Assembly (NCBI GenBank): GCA_963764725.1
Contig: CAVXTM010000005.1
Span: 64,001 to 128,000, forward strand
Length of the DNA: 64,000 bases
Source of the DNA: an uncultured Gammaproteobacteria bacterium
GTDB lineage: Bacteria > Pseudomonadota > Gammaproteobacteria > JACCXJ01
Direction of reading: 5' to 3'
Below the pieces are notes generated by a model. That model did not search any database, was not told the DNA's origin, and saw only the letters and a program-made list of their open reading frames with translations. Below, one piece after another: positions 1 to 12,050 of this stretch; position 1 is the stretch's first letter, and every line of letters begins with the position of its first letter. A program made the translations under genes and the position numbers.

Positions 1-248
1 CTGCCGTCCGGCGGGTTGTTATCGTGGTTATGATCTCTGTGATGGACGGTTAGGTCTTGCACGGTTTCAGTGGTAAAGCCGCGCCCGCAGCGCGTGCAGA
101 CCCAGGGGTAAAGGCGCAACGCTTGTTCACGGTAACCCTGAAGCCGCTGATCGTGCTCGTCGCGGGCTCGGGTTACGATTTCGTTGAGCTTTTCTTGGTT
201 AAGGGCCCCGCGCACGGGCCGTGGCGGTCGGGAATGTGTCGTAGCCAT
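1..248 (-). CDS. yajD: YajD-family HNH nuclease (5' part; runs off the window edge)
   Basis: Not in the ORF track. Manual translation from ATG 248 gives ...GYREQALRLYPWVCTRCGRGF...LTVHHRDHNHDNNPPDG, the YajD signature. Confidence 0.85.
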   Translation of the reverse strand, partial: MATTHSRPPRPVRGALNQEKLNEIVTRARDEHDQRLQGYREQALRLYPWVCTRCGRGFTTETVQDLTVHHRDHNHDNNPPDG

Positions 249-345
249 ACGCCCTCGCTTGAATTGAATATTTCTATAACTATAGCCGATGGGAGTCGTT
301 CGGATCGCTATGCTCGTCGCGGACTGCCCTCGCCCGAATCTCCCG

Positions 346-1290
346 TTATCCGTCCGCGAGCGGTTGCTTACATCGGTTATTCAGCCACTGGATGACGATG
401 TGAGTCAAAGCGATGCGCCGGCTCGAAAACACATGATCAGTGTCCAGCGTCTTCACCGTAAGATCTCCGTGTCCGCTTTCGCGTAACGCCTCGACCAGCG
501 GTTCGTGATGTTGATCGAGGGGAAGGATGGTGTCGCCTTCAGCTCCGATGAGTAACAGCGATTTACCCGCTAGCCTCGGGACGAGCCTGCGCAGATCGTA
601 ATCGCGCGCGTGCGCCATCCAGCGCGCGACTGCGGCTTGGCCACTTTGGCCCACGATGGCGTTCGCATCGTCGATGTAATAGGCGAGTTGCGAGGCGAAC
701 TCGGCGCTTTGTTGGGCCAGCTCGCCGAACTTCCCGAGATTGGCGCCAGCGAGCGAAGCTCCGCAGCGGACCCGCGGATCGCCGGCCAAAACCTCGAAAG
801 AGACATACCCGCCCATGCTGTGACCGATGACGGCAAGGCGAGCGGGATCCGTGCGGTACTTCCGGAGAAATTCGGCTGATCTCATAAACGCCACCACGGC
901 GTGAGTGTCCGCAATGGCGTGGTCTATCGAAAACCGTCCTTCGCTGCCCCAGGAGCCGCGATAGTGAAAAAAGAGCACGTTCCAGCCGGCGCGGCGGATC
1001 GACTGGGCCAGATCCAAGTTTCTCTCGTTTCCTGGATAACCATGCAACAAGATAACGGCCGGGTGCGGCCCCGGGCCCTGCGCGACATAAACTATGCCGC
1101 TGAGCTTGGCGCCCTGGCTACGGATCACGACCGGCTCCATCGCTGGGGGGTAGGCCGGATCGACGGTCGCGGGATCCATGAACACGGGATCGAGCTCCGT
1201 GCTTGGGACGGGTGTTTGGCACCCGGCCCCGGCGACAGTACTTAGTGTAATCGCGACTAGGGCATTCCGATAGCGATACGCGTGGCGCAT
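346..1290 (-). CDS. Alpha/beta hydrolase, probable lipoprotein
   Basis: LLHGYPG oxyanion motif, GHSMGG nucleophile elbow, C-terminal DH. Start moved to MRHAY..., which gives a signal peptide ending GAGC. Confidence 0.8.
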   Translation of the reverse strand: MRHAYRYRNALVAITLSTVAGAGCQTPVPSTELDPVFMDPATVDPAYPPAMEPVVIRSQGAKLSGIVYVAQGPGPHPAVILLHGYPGNERNLDLAQSIRRAGWNVLFFHYRGSWGSEGRFSIDHAIADTHAVVAFMRSAEFLRKYRTDPARLAVIGHSMGGYVSFEVLAGDPRVRCGASLAGANLGKFGELAQQSAEFASQLAYYIDDANAIVGQSGQAAVARWMAHARDYDLRRLVPRLAGKSLLLIGAEGDTILPLDQHHEPLVEALRESGHGDLTVKTLDTDHVFSSRRIALTHIVIQWLNNRCKQPLADG

Positions 1291-1441
1291 TGGCGTGGTG
1301 AAAGGCTTATTGTTCAGGGAAATATATCTTCTATAAAATTGAGCCGCAATGAATCTCTTAGGGACGGTGTTTTCCACCCTGGCGACACCCGCCGTCTGGC
1401 GCGCGGGCTTTTCCGCGACCGAAGTTGAATCTGGTCGGAAG

Positions 1442-2464
1442 GTGCAGCGGATCGCCTCTTTGGTTGCGGTCGCGCTGTTCGCGGCGCTTTCGCTTAGCGC
1501 GTGCGGCGCGCCTGCACGATTGTCCGTCCTGCCTCAAGTCACCCGGCCGATGTTGGAGCCGATGCACGCGGTGATGCCGGATGGAGTCTTGCTGCCATCG
1601 CAGGCCTGGGTGCCGCCCGGGCCGGTGGTGGCCATGGTTCTCGGGCTGCACGGATTCAACGAATATAGCCATTCTTTCACGGCCGTGGGTCCTTACCTCG
1701 CCTTACACGGTATCCTCACCTATGCATACGACCAGCGCGGTTTCGGCGCCACCGCGCGTCCTGGGATCTGGGCGGGCAGCGAGCGCCTCGTCGCGGATGT
1801 TTATGAGCTTACGCGCTTGCTTCGACGGCGCCACCCGGGTGTTCCGCTTTACCTTTTAGGTGAAAGCATGGGCGGGGCGGTCGCGATGGTGGCCCTGACG
1901 CGGCCCAGCCCCCCAGAGGTCGACGGTGTGGTGCTGATGGCGCCGGCGGTGTGGGGACGGCGTTTATGGAATCCGTTCATGCGGGCGACTCTGTGGGTGA
2001 TGGCGAATACCTTTCCGGATCTTACGGTCACCGGCCGGGGGCTCAAAGTTCGTCCCTCGGATAACGATGCCATGCGGGCGAACCTGTCCCGCGATCCGCT
2101 GGTCATCAAGGCGACGCGGTTCGACGCCATCGCCGGGCTGAGCGATCTCATGGATGAGGCTTTGGCGGCGGTTCCCCGCCTCAGGCATCCGTCGTTGATC
2201 TTGTACGGCGCCCACGATCAAATCATTCCGAGGTCCTGCTTCGAGCGCTTTGTCGAGGGGCAAGCGGCGGCGCACGATTGGCGGCTTGCGTGGTATCCCC
2301 AGGGTTACCATATGTTGGCCCGCGATCTGCGCGCCTCGGTGGTGCTCAACGATATCGCGAGTTGGATCCTAAACCGCGCGGGCGCGCTGCCCTCGGGGCA
2401 CGAGTGGTTTCCATCCGAAGCGAATAGGTCACTTCTGACAGGCGCGGCGCCCGCTTTGCGCTGA
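1442..2464 (+). CDS. Lysophospholipase/monoacylglycerol lipase-like alpha/beta hydrolase, probable lipoprotein
   Basis: LHGFNEY, YDQRGFG, GESMGG, GYHML motifs; LSAC lipobox after GTG 1442. Confidence 0.85.
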   Translation: MQRIASLVAVALFAALSLSACGAPARLSVLPQVTRPMLEPMHAVMPDGVLLPSQAWVPPGPVVAMVLGLHGFNEYSHSFTAVGPYLALHGILTYAYDQRGFGATARPGIWAGSERLVADVYELTRLLRRRHPGVPLYLLGESMGGAVAMVALTRPSPPEVDGVVLMAPAVWGRRLWNPFMRATLWVMANTFPDLTVTGRGLKVRPSDNDAMRANLSRDPLVIKATRFDAIAGLSDLMDEALAAVPRLRHPSLILYGAHDQIIPRSCFERFVEGQAAAHDWRLAWYPQGYHMLARDLRASVVLNDIASWILNRAGALPSGHEWFPSEANRSLLTGAAPALR

Positions 2465-2631
2465 CAGGGCAGAGTAATCGATCCTAGCGTTTGACAGCAT
2501 GCCGTGAGATAGGTAACGTCGTCGTCGCGATTTACCTGGCAGTTTGTCTACTTGAAGATGCGGATTTACGCGAACCATTAGGATCAACCGTTAAGGCTTT
2601 CTTCAGATACTGGAGTTTTCCGAGACAAGCG

Positions 2632-3843
2632 TTGGATACGAGATTTCCTAGGATCGAGCGGTTACCGCCGTATGTGTTCAGCAGCGTCCAGGAGCTCAAG
2701 ATGGCGGCGCGCCATCGGGGCGAGGACATCATCGATTTCGGGATGGGAAACCCGGACCAGGCCGCGCCGCAACATATCATCGATAAGTTGGTCGAAGCCG
2801 CTCAGCGCGCCGATACCCATCGCTACTCCACGTCGCGCGGGATCCCGCGTCTGCGCAAGGCGATCTGCGATTGGTATAAACGCCGCTACGATGTTGACCT
2901 GGACCCGGAAACGGAGGCCATCGTGACCATCGGATCCAAGGAAGGATTGGCGCATCTGTCCATGGCCATCGTCGATGAGGACGATACGGTACTGGTGCCG
3001 AATCCCGCCTATCCGATCCATCCGTTTGGCTTTATCATCGCCGGCGCCGACGTGCGGCATGTACCCATCGGGCCGGGGATCGATTTCTTCGCGGAATTAC
3101 AGAAGGCTATCCGCGACTGTTGGCCGAAACCGAAGCTGCTGGTCCTCAACTTCCCGAGTAATCCGACCACCCAATGCGTGGAGCTGCCGTTTTTCGAGCA
3201 CGTCATCGCCATCGCGCGCGAGCACGGAATTTGGGTCATTCAAGACCTCGCCTACGCGGACTTGGTTTTTGATGGTTATCAAGCGCCTTCCATCTTGCAA
3301 GTGCCGAGCGCCAAGGACATCGCGGTGGAGTTCTTTTCGCTCTCCAAGAGCTATAATATGCCGGGTTGGCGCGTAGGTTTCATGGTGGGTAATCCCTTCT
3401 TGGTGAAAGCATTGGCCCGGCTCAAGTCGTACTTGGACTATGGAACTTTCACCCCGATTCAAGTAGCTGCCATCGCGGCCTTGGAAGGGCCGCAGGACTG
3501 TCTTACCGAGATCCGTCACATGTACTGGCGCCGCCGCGACGTGCTCTGTGACGGCCTCAACGCTGCCGGCTGGAGCGTCGAGAAACCGCGCGGGACCATG
3601 TTCGTATGGGCGCCGATTCCGGAGCCTTATCGGGACTTGGGTTCCTTGGAGTTTTCCAAGAAACTTCTCTTGGAAGCTAAGGTGGCGGTCTCGCCCGGGA
3701 TCGGTTTTGGCGAGTACGGCGATCAGTACGTACGCTTCGCGCTCATCGAGAACGAGCACCGGACCCGGCAGGCGATCCGGGGGGTCCGCGAGATGCTGCG
3801 CAAGGGCAATGCCTTGCCGGTGCGTTCAGTCCATGGCTTGTAG
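2632..3843 (+). CDS. alaC: Alanine transaminase (class I PLP aminotransferase)
   Basis: [35 protein letters not shown] (PLP lysine); usual position before hom-thrC. Start assumed at TTG 2632. Confidence 0.9.
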   Translation: MDTRFPRIERLPPYVFSSVQELKMAARHRGEDIIDFGMGNPDQAAPQHIIDKLVEAAQRADTHRYSTSRGIPRLRKAICDWYKRRYDVDLDPETEAIVTIGSKEGLAHLSMAIVDEDDTVLVPNPAYPIHPFGFIIAGADVRHVPIGPGIDFFAELQKAIRDCWPKPKLLVLNFPSNPTTQCVELPFFEHVIAIAREHGIWVIQDLAYADLVFDGYQAPSILQVPSAKDIAVEFFSLSKSYNMPGWRVGFMVGNPFLVKALARLKSYLDYGTFTPIQVAAIAALEGPQDCLTEIRHMYWRRRDVLCDGLNAAGWSVEKPRGTMFVWAPIPEPYRDLGSLEFSKKLLLEAKVAVSPGIGFGEYGDQYVRFALIENEHRTRQAIRGVREMLRKGNALPVRSVHGL

Positions 3844-3895
3844 CTTCATGGCCAGCCGGTCACGCTGGAACCGCGTATACACAACGGATTGTTGA

Positions 3896-5215
3896 GTGCA
3901 GGATTTGAATCCCGTACAAGTCGGGCTCCTCGGGCTCGGAACCGTGGGCGGCGGGACCATCCAGGTCTTGCGCCGGAACGGCGATGAAATCACGCGCCGC
4001 GCCGGAAGAGCGATTGAAGTCACCTGCGCGGCCGCGCGCGACCTCGATAAACCGCGCGGCCTGCCTCTCGATGGGATTGCAATAGGTAGCGATCCTCTGA
4101 CGGTCGTTAACGATCCCGAGATCCGGATCGTGGTCGAATTGATCGGCGGCGTGGAGCCGGCCCGTACCCTGGTGCTCAAGGCCATCGCGAACGGCAAGCA
4201 CGTAGTAACGGCAAACAAAGCCTTGATCGCGATCCACGGTAACGAAGTGTTCCGAGCCGCCCAGGAGCGCGGCGTGATGGTGGCCTTCGAGGCGGCCGTG
4301 TGCGGCGGAATACCGATCATCAAGGCGATCCGCGAGGGGCTAGCCGGGAACCGCATCGAGTGGCTCGCCGGGATCATCAACGGGACCGGGAATTTCATCC
4401 TCACCGAGATGCTGGATAAAGGCCGTGATTTCGAGACCGTGCTGCGCGAGGCGCAACGCCTCGGCTACGCCGAGTCAGATCCGGCCTTTGACGTCGAGGG
4501 CATCGACGCCGCGCACAAGCTCACGATCCTGGCCGCGATCGCCTTCGGCATTCCCCTGCAGTTCGACAAGGTGTATAGGGAGGGGATTAGCCAAATCACG
4601 CAGGCTGACATTGATTACGCGGAGCAACTGGGTTACCGGATCAAACACCTCGGGATCGCGCGCGATGCCGGAGACGCTATCGAGCTGCGGGTGCATCCGA
4701 CCTTGGTGCCGCGGCGGCAACTGCTTGCCAACGTCATGGGGGTGATGAACGCGGTGCTGATCAAGGGCGATGCCGTCGGCCAGACTTTGTATTACGGCGC
4801 TGGCGCCGGCGCCGAGCCGACGGCCTCGGCCGTGGTGGCCGATCTCGTGGACGTGGTGCGAACGCTCACCTCCGATCCGGAGAACCGCGTACCGCATCTG
4901 GCCTTTCAACCGGCCGCTCTGTCGAACCGCCGCGTGGCTGCCATGGACGCCGTCGCTACGGCCTATTACTTGCGCATGCACGCGGTGGATCAGCCGGGCG
5001 TCTTGGCGGACATCACGCGGATCTTTGGTGATCTGCGGATCAGCATCGAAGCGATTCTGCAGAAGGAGCCGATGCCTGGCGAATCGCATGTCCCCATCAT
5101 TTTCCTAACGCACCGGGTGCGGGAGCGCTCTATGAACGCGGCCATCGAGCGCATCGAAGCTTTGGGGTCGGTTACAGGCCGGGTGACGCGCATTCGCCTG
5201 GAGACGTTCGCTTAA
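3896..5215 (+). CDS. hom: Homoserine dehydrogenase with C-terminal ACT domain
   Basis: [40 protein letters not shown] motif [10 protein letters not shown]. Confidence 0.97.
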   Translation: MQDLNPVQVGLLGLGTVGGGTIQVLRRNGDEITRRAGRAIEVTCAAARDLDKPRGLPLDGIAIGSDPLTVVNDPEIRIVVELIGGVEPARTLVLKAIANGKHVVTANKALIAIHGNEVFRAAQERGVMVAFEAAVCGGIPIIKAIREGLAGNRIEWLAGIINGTGNFILTEMLDKGRDFETVLREAQRLGYAESDPAFDVEGIDAAHKLTILAAIAFGIPLQFDKVYREGISQITQADIDYAEQLGYRIKHLGIARDAGDAIELRVHPTLVPRRQLLANVMGVMNAVLIKGDAVGQTLYYGAGAGAEPTASAVVADLVDVVRTLTSDPENRVPHLAFQPAALSNRRVAAMDAVATAYYLRMHAVDQPGVLADITRIFGDLRISIEAILQKEPMPGESHVPIIFLTHRVRERSMNAAIERIEALGSVTGRVTRIRLETFA

Positions 5216-5231
5216 ATTTCGAAATCAGAGC

Positions 5232-6302
5232 ATGACGCCCTACGCCGGACTCATAGACCGTTACCGCCAGCGCTTGCCGATCAGCGATGCTGCGCGCATC
5301 ATCAGCCTCTGCGAGGGGAACACGCCGCTCATCCGCCTACAGAATATTCCCGAGCTCATCGAGCGCGATGTCAAACTGTATGTCAAATACGAGGGGCTGA
5401 ATCCGACTGGTTCTTTCAAAGACCGGGGGATGACCGTGGCCGTCACCAAGGCGGTGGAGGAGGGCAGCCGCGCGGTGATCTGCGCCTCGACGGGGAACAC
5501 CTCCGCTTCCGCGGCGGCCTATGCCGCCCGTGCGGGGATCGCGGCGTTCGTGTTGATCCCCGAAGGTAAGATCGCGCTCGGAAAGCTCGCGCAGGCCATG
5601 ATGGCGGGTGCGGTCGTGTTGCAGATCCGGGGGAATTTCGATGCCGGGATGCACCTGGTCAAGGAGGTCGCAGCGCGGGCGCCCGTGACCATCGTCAATT
5701 CCATCAATCCCTACCGTTTGCAGGGACAGAAAACCGCGGCGTTCGAGATCATCGAAGCGCTCGGGCGGGCGCCGGATCTCCACTGCATACCGGTCGGTAA
5801 CGCCGGTAACATCACCGCCCACTGGATGGGCTACAAGGAATATGCCGGCGATGGCCTTGCGAAGACCTTACCGCGGATGTGCGGCTACCAAGCGAGCGGC
5901 GCCGCGCCGTTTTTACGCGGACATTTCGTCGATGGTCCGGAAACGGTGGCGACCGCTATCCGCATCGGACACCCGCAATCCTGGGATCAGGCTTGGCAAG
6001 CGAATAAGGAATCCGAGGGATGGTTTGATGAGTTGAGCGATGAGGAGATCCTAGCGGCCCAAAAGCTTCTCGCGGAGAGGGAGGGCATTTTCTGCGAACC
6101 CGCTTCGGCGGCCTCGGTCGGCGGAGCCTTGCGCGATCTCGCAAGCGCTAAGATCCCTCCCGGGAGCCTGGTCGTTTGCACGCTCACGGGCCACGGCCTC
6201 AAGGATCCCGACATCGCGATCCTGCAAAGCGGCGCCAGGCGCGTGAATGTCGATGCCACGCTGGCGGCGGTGGAGCGGGCGATTATGGACAATATGACTT
6301 AA
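5232..6302 (+). CDS. thrC: Threonine synthase
   Basis: [10 protein letters not shown] (PLP lysine), [16 protein letters not shown]; follows hom. Confidence 0.97.
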   Translation: MTPYAGLIDRYRQRLPISDAARIISLCEGNTPLIRLQNIPELIERDVKLYVKYEGLNPTGSFKDRGMTVAVTKAVEEGSRAVICASTGNTSASAAAYAARAGIAAFVLIPEGKIALGKLAQAMMAGAVVLQIRGNFDAGMHLVKEVAARAPVTIVNSINPYRLQGQKTAAFEIIEALGRAPDLHCIPVGNAGNITAHWMGYKEYAGDGLAKTLPRMCGYQASGAAPFLRGHFVDGPETVATAIRIGHPQSWDQAWQANKESEGWFDELSDEEILAAQKLLAEREGIFCEPASAASVGGALRDLASAKIPPGSLVVCTLTGHGLKDPDIAILQSGARRVNVDATLAAVERAIMDNMT

Positions 6303-6330
6303 GGGAATCCTAAATTTAGCGTTCCCTTAA
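6299..6330. terminator. Inverted repeat at the convergent thrC/rlmKL stop codons, possible bidirectional terminator
   Basis: TTAAGGGAA...TTCCCTTAA arms around the inner palindrome CTAAATTTAG. Confidence 0.35.
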
Positions 6331-8506
6331 GCTTATGCAATTGTACCGGTGGCTGACATGTCATCTTCCAGCAGCGGTGGATGTGCGGCCGCCGGACGAA
6401 ATCCAGAGAAATCGTGTCCCGGGTGATGTCTTGGATGTCGATCCCGGGCGAGGAAAACCGCAGCTTGAAATGCTTGCTGTTGGTTGAGAAAAGCAGCACG
6501 CCGTCGGCGCTCAGAAGCTTGAGCGCATCCTTGATCAGCGCCTCGTGATCGCGTTGGACATCGAAGGTTCCGGCCATGCGCTTCGAGTTGGAGAAGGTCG
6601 GCGGGTCGAGGAAGATGAGGCCGTAACGTGCTTTGCGTTGCGCTGCCTCCTGTATCCATTCCAGGCAGTCTGCCTGAATAAACGCATGCGGGCCCATATC
6701 GATTCGATTCAAGTTGAAATTGCGCCGCGCCCACTCGAGGTAGGTGTGCGAAAGATCGACTGTCGTCGTGCTCGCGGCACCCCCCAAAGCCGCGTACACG
6801 CTGGCGGCGCCCGTATATGCGAACAGGTTCAAAAAATGCCGCCCGGCCGCCAGGGCCTTGACGAAGGCGCGCGTGGCGCGATGATCGAGAAACAGGCCGG
6901 TGTCGATATAATCGGTGAAATTCACCGCAAAGCGATAGGCACCCTCATTGACAGTCACGAAGCGTCCTTCCTCGGCGAACTTCGTATACTGCGCCCGGTC
7001 CTTTTGCCGTTGGCGTAGCTTGAAGAACACCCGGTTCTCCGGTACGCCGGTGAGATCGGGGATCACGGCGAGGGCGGCGTCACGCCGTGCCGCCGCCTTG
7101 AGCGCGTCCACGGTGGGCGGGGGCGCGTACTCCTGCACATAAACCCAAGACTCCTCGCCCCCATAGAAGTCGATCGCTAAGGCGTACTCGGGTAAGTCGG
7201 CGTCATAGAGCCGGTAACATTCGACACCCGATCGCCGTGCCCAGCGGGCCAGCGAGCGCATATTCTTGCGGAGACGATTCGCAAACATCTCGACGCTCTG
7301 CCCCGCCAAGCTTGCCGGGCGCGTATCCGGCAGCTCGATTGGGGGAGTGGCGGCGCGCGCGGAACAGTGAAACAACGTCAAGGAGCACTCGAGGCCGCCG
7401 TTGTACAGCAGGATGGATCTGCTTGCATCCATCCGTAGCCGATAGAGAAGCTTGGTGTTCTCCGTGAATACCGCCGCGTCCCAGCCCGAAAAATTGCGCC
7501 TGAGCGTGTCACCGATCTCGGCATAGAGCCGCGGCAGCTCGCTATCGCCTCCGACTCTGCGTCCGTACGGCGGGTTAACCACGATTAATCCAGGCGTTGG
7601 CGCATTGGGCGGGGCAACTTGCAGTTCTTGCCGTGTGAATTGAATGACGCCGGCTATGCCCGCGCGCTCGGCGTTCTTGCGCGCGGACGCTACCGCACGC
7701 GGGTCGCGGTCGTACCCGGTGATCGTCGGCATGTTCTTGATGCCTTCCTGTTTGCGAGCCTGAGCCTCGTTCTGCAGCCGCTCCCAAAGTGCCCGATCGT
7801 GGCCGCGCCAAGCGAGAAACCCGAAATACCCGCGGATGAGACCCGGTGCGATGTCCGCGGCGACGAGGGCCGCTTCGATCGGAAGGGTGCCCGAGCCACA
7901 CATCAAATCCATGAACGGTTGGCCCTCGGCCGCGCGCTGGGGCCAGTCCAAAAGCAAAAGGATCGCGGCGGCGAGGTTCTCTTTTAACGGCGCCAGCATG
8001 GCGTCGTCGCGGTAGCCCCGCCGGTGCAGGCCCTCGCCGGAGAGATCAATGCTTACCGTGGCCTCGTTTTTAAATAGGTAAACGTTAATGCGTAGATCGG
8101 GCCGGTCTAAAGCGACCGTCGGTCTTGATCCGAAAAGATCGCGGAATTGGTCGACGATCGCATCTTTGACCTTGAGCGCTCCGAAATGCGAGTGGGTGAG
8201 GAACGAGTCGGCGCTATTCATATCGACCGCAAACGTATTGTCAAGGCCAAAGTGTTCGTGCCAGGCGATCGCGCGCACGCCGTCGTACAGCGCTTCGGGA
8301 TCGGAGGCCGGAAAACGGCCGAGCTGTAATATGACCCGCGATGCGACGCGCGACCAAAGGCAAGCGCGGTAGCCGGTTTCAAGCGTGCCCGCGAAGGCCA
8401 CGCCCGCCGATTGAACGCGGATCTTGGTGGCGCCGAGCGCTGTCAGCTCCTGTGCCAGAAGAGCTTCCGTCCCTTTCGGTGTGCTCGCGAAAAAACGTAG
8501 GATCAA
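6299..8506 (-). CDS. rlmKL: Bifunctional 23S rRNA m2G2445/m7G2069 methyltransferase RlmKL
   Basis: THUMP-type N-terminus, [23 protein letters not shown]; second MTase with [25 protein letters not shown]. Confidence 0.96.
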   Translation of the reverse strand: MILRFFASTPKGTEALLAQELTALGATKIRVQSAGVAFAGTLETGYRACLWSRVASRVILQLGRFPASDPEALYDGVRAIAWHEHFGLDNTFAVDMNSADSFLTHSHFGALKVKDAIVDQFRDLFGSRPTVALDRPDLRINVYLFKNEATVSIDLSGEGLHRRGYRDDAMLAPLKENLAAAILLLLDWPQRAAEGQPFMDLMCGSGTLPIEAALVAADIAPGLIRGYFGFLAWRGHDRALWERLQNEAQARKQEGIKNMPTITGYDRDPRAVASARKNAERAGIAGVIQFTRQELQVAPPNAPTPGLIVVNPPYGRRVGGDSELPRLYAEIGDTLRRNFSGWDAAVFTENTKLLYRLRMDASRSILLYNGGLECSLTLFHCSARAATPPIELPDTRPASLAGQSVEMFANRLRKNMRSLARWARRSGVECYRLYDADLPEYALAIDFYGGEESWVYVQEYAPPPTVDALKAAARRDAALAVIPDLTGVPENRVFFKLRQRQKDRAQYTKFAEEGRFVTVNEGAYRFAVNFTDYIDTGLFLDHRATRAFVKALAAGRHFLNLFAYTGAASVYAALGGAASTTTVDLSHTYLEWARRNFNLNRIDMGPHAFIQADCLEWIQEAAQRKARYGLIFLDPPTFSNSKRMAGTFDVQRDHEALIKDALKLLSADGVLLFSTNSKHFKLRFSSPGIDIQDITRDTISLDFVRRPHIHRCWKMTCQPPVQLHKLKGTLNLGFP

Positions 8507-8573
8507 TCCAGTTCTCTTGCGTTGGATTATTCAGCGATAGACTCATCGATTGCACAATACTGCGCATTCTAAT

Positions 8574-8680
8574 GTAGCAAGCCCGGAAGGAGCGCAGCGG
8601 ATTCCGGGGAATCAGGTAGGGCGATCCGTTATCATTTCCCGGATTCCGCCTTTTGTGGGGCTTCATTCGGGCGCTCTACA
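8574..8680. repeat. Degenerate GTAG-type REP doublet (REPIN-like)
   Basis: GTAGCAAGCCCGGAAGGAGCGCAGCGGATTCCGGG, then an inverted copy CCCGGATTCCGC...CTTCATTCGGGCGCTCTAC. Confidence 0.55.
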
Positions 8681-8741
8681 CCCACCCCGACCTCCATGGC
8701 AATGCCGAACGACTCCGGAAACTCAAGCCATCAAAAAAAAA

Positions 8742-10120
8742 GGCTCTTCGGGAGAATTTGTGGGTAGATATGGGGTGGTTGACTAGAGGTTCAGCATCCC
8801 GCTCGGAATCTTTGGTTAGATGGAAGTGTGAACTTTTCATCGACCAGAGGGAGGGGAACGGGATGCAACTCAAGACTATCCTCAATCGCGTCGAGAAATC
8901 AAGTCGTTCGTGTACGGGGAGGCACGTGGGTGGAGGAAGCAGCGCGCCCCCGGCTGGAAGTGGAACTCCATCCACGGGCCAACGGCCGGCCGATCTGCTC
9001 GGGCTGTGGCCGAAGGGGGCCCGGTTACGATCGGTTGCCGATGAGGCGTTTCGAGTTCGTGCCGCTGTGGGGCATGACGGTGTTTTTCGTGTATGCGCTG
9101 CGGCGTGTGGACTGCCCCCGTTGCGGCGTGAAGGTGGAGCGCCTGCCTTGGGCGATGGGCAAGCACCCACTGACCGAGGCCTATGCGTGGTTTCTGGCCG
9201 GTTGGGCGAAACGGCTCTTTTGGCGGGAGGTGGCCGAGGCCTTCCAGACGACTTGGGAGGCGGTGTTCGCTGCAGTAGAACACGCGGTCCTGTGGGGCCG
9301 GGTGCACGTAGATCTCTCGGGCATTGACAGCCTGGGCATCGATGAGTTGGCTTGGGGACGGGGGCATCGGTACCTGACCATGGTCTACCAGATCGACGCC
9401 CGGTGTAAGCGGCTGCTGTGGATGGGCGAGAAACGCACGGTCAAGACGCTGTTGCGTTCCTTCCGTTGGCTGGGCAAGGAACGTAGCGCTGGCCTGCGCT
9501 TCATTTGCTCGGACATGTGGAAACCCTACCTCAAGGTCATCGCCAAGAAGGCGGGGCAGGCCATCCACGTGCTGGATCGCTTCCATATCATGGCGAATCT
9601 GAGCAAGGCGATGGACGAGGTGCGTGCCCAGGAAGCCCGGGGGCTCAAGGCCGAAGGCTATGACCCAGTGCTGACCAACACGCGCTGGCTCTTGCTCAAA
9701 CGCCCCGAGAACCTCACCGAGAAGCAAGAGACTAGACTCGCCGATCTGCTGCGCTACAATCTGCGCTCCGTGCGGAGCTATCTGCTCAAGGAGGACTTTC
9801 AATTCTTCTGGTGCTATACCTCGCCGTATTGGGCGGGGCAATTTCTCGATCACTGGTGCACACGTACGATGCGCTCGAAGCTCGAGCCAATGAAGAAGAT
9901 CGCTCGAATGCTGCGGGGTCATCGCGCGCTGCTGCTCAACTGGTTCCGCGCCAAAGGGCAGATCTCCAGGGGCGTGGTCGAAGGATTCAACACCAAGGCA
10001 AAACTGACCACCAGAAAAGCCTACGGCTTTCGAACCTATCATGCACTGGAAGTGGCTTTGTATCATACCCTTGGCGCTCTACCCGAGCCGCAGTTCACCC
10101 ATAGATTCTGCTGAGGAGCC
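8742..10120 (+). mobile_element. ISL3-family insertion sequence
   Basis: Terminal IRs GGCTCTTCGGGAGAATTTGTGGGT / GGCTCCTCAGCAGAATCTATGGGT; flanked by A8 on both sides (8734-8741, 10121-10128), consistent with an 8-bp TSD. Confidence 0.92.
8863..10114 (+). pseudogene. ISL3 transposase, frameshifted near the N-terminus
   Basis: MQLKTILNRVEK start is out of frame with the body (CSGC..CPRC Zn finger, GIDE, CSDMWKPY, DRFHI, VEGFNTKAK). Confidence 0.85.
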
Positions 10121-10299
10121 AAAAAAAAGGCTTTGTTTAACTCGATCGGTGCCATGTTCCAGTTCCAAGGTGGCATTTCCGACAGTGACAAGGAGAGAGT
10201 TTTCGCGGCTTTGCAGAAGGGTCGCCACATTACTGTTGGCGAAAATGGCCGTGTTACTTATCCAGAGGTCTCAATAGTGTCCGACACGTTTCATAGTGA

Positions 10300-10332
10300 G
10301 TAGGGCGGAAGCCCCGCAGGGGCGTTCCGCCG
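10300..10332 (+). repeat. GTAG-family REP
   Basis: GTAG-GGCGGAA-GCCCCGCAGGGGC-GTTCCGCC hairpin directly upstream of a RAYT fragment. Confidence 0.75.
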
Positions 10333-10360
10333 TATGAATGAGAGGTAATAAGGTTGACTG

Positions 10361-10525
10361 ATGCCGGACTATCGCCGTTTTCGCGTCCCCGGAGGCGCAT
10401 TTTTTTCACCATCAACCTATTGGAGCGCCGAGCCGATTTGCTGGTGCGGCATATCGAGCTATTGCGGGAGGCGGTGAGGCGTACGCGGGCCGAGCGACCT
10501 TTTCATGTCGTGCCTGGGTCGTGGT
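10361..10525 (+). pseudogene. REP-associated tyrosine transposase (RAYT), 5' fragment
   Basis: MPDYRRFRVPGG / FFTINLLERRADLLVRHIELLREAVRRTRAERPFHV; breaks off before the HuH motif. Confidence 0.8.
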
Positions 10526-10712
10526 GCGAACTCCCATCTACGGAACTGTAAAGGCCACGCATGCCCAAAAGTGGCCGACTAGAAATTGGCGTCTCACAGG
10601 CTTCGCAAGGAACTGCAAGCATTGTCCGAGACGAAGAACGCAGTTACTCGGAAGCCACCCAGACAAACTATAGAGAGGAGGACAATGATGATCACAATGA
10701 GAAAGCGCACGA

Positions 10713-11120
10713 ATGATTTTCGTCGTATTGCTGATCGTGGTCAGGGGACGTAAATCGACTGAAATCGGCAGCCTACGCGGGAGCGCATTTGGAAAAGAGG
10801 AGATTCAGAAGGCGATAGCAGCCGGGAAGCTTCAGCACGTCTACTACGACGGAGAAGTGTTGAGCAGTCAGAGACATCGGGATCGCTTCGGTTTCCTGCT
10901 TGCGTACGGTCCCATCCGAACGGCACGATCTTCAAGCTCTTCGAGGGTTTACGACTTGCGCTCTAGCTTCGTGCATCACGGCCGAAATCCAGGCGATCTA
11001 GAGGTAATGAGCCGATTCCTCGCCATGGCATGATGTCGTGTGCAGCTGCTATGGCATCGTCGGGCTTTCAAGTCCAAGGACCACCTGCTCGCTACCTGAT
11101 TCGCTGAAGTATGCATGGAT
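10713..11120 (+). pseudogene. Degraded HEPN (Apea-like) domain gene, probable cassette remnant
   Basis: VYDLRSSFVHHG contains the RxxxxH HEPN motif; frame is broken; attC-like sites follow. Confidence 0.45.
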
Positions 11121-11313
11121 CAGAGGGATGCCGCCTAATTGTAGATGGCACGTCGCTCGCGCCAGCTCCGCAGGGTTGTGTTACGCGCCCGTGAAGCGAT
11201 GAGATTAAAAATCATGCATCCAGTGGCTGGGCGCATAACTGTTTCTATCGATGGCTCGCGATGTGCCATCGGGGCGGAGTTGAGCCTCACTCGTGATGGG
11301 AGGCGCTCGCGCC

Positions 11314-11431
11314 GCCATCCCTTCGTTCGAACGGCACCGCTTCGCTGCGCTCGCGGCTGCAGCCCACGCGGCTTCGTGGCAAGCAAGCTTGCCACTCCAC
11401 CGCGGGGCTGCCGCTCAACTCGCGCTCCGTT
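11314..11431 (+). other. attC site interrupted at its R' core by a group II intron
   Basis: Degenerate R'' GCCATCC, L'' GTTCGAAC, long central hairpin, L' GCTCAAC, then GTT; AGGC resumes at 14722 and restores GTTAGGC. Confidence 0.75.
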
Positions 11432-12050
11432 ATCGCGCCAAGGAAGCTTGGCGTATCTTGCAGGGTGAAAGTCCCTGCCGGGTAAGGGCTAACCACCCAC
11501 CCGTATCGAGTGTTGCGCCTGTGGCGGAACGTTCGAGCAGTCAGAAGGTTGTGAGAGTCGTGAACAAGACAGGCGAAGCGTACACAGAGCATCTCGTAGG
11601 CCACAAGGGTGATCGCACACCCTGAAGTGCTGGTACAGCCTCGAAAGAGAGTTTGTGGCAGTCGGCGAGCGTGTTAACGGACGTGAAGCCCATGGGAAGC
11701 GACCGTTTTGTTTGGGTGAGGTCGCGGAAGGCTGTCGGGGTCCTCAGGCCGTGGCATGCGAGAAGAGATACGTTGAGAACTTGGGAGGCCCCGAGTGCTC
11801 CTGGGGTTTGGAAGTGGCGTGGTAAGGCATACAGCTATTGAGGCACGGCAGGGGAAACCCGGCAACGGGGTTAGGCTGGAGCCTAAGCGGCGCTGCGGAA
11901 GGGCTCATGCGGGTAGGGGAGCTGAAGCGAAAGCCGAAGCGAACGAAGGTCGCTCGGAGGCGTCGGATCACCTCATAGTACTCGGAAGCCGGGAGAGCCG
12001 GCTACAGGGGGAAGGGGGTGACAGTGATACGCAGCCTGCAAAGGCAACTT

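Noticed and set aside
8882-10066. Long antisense ORFs (394 aa here; similar ones opposite pyrB, copA and IS1634)
   Set aside because: Shadow frames of GC-rich genes.
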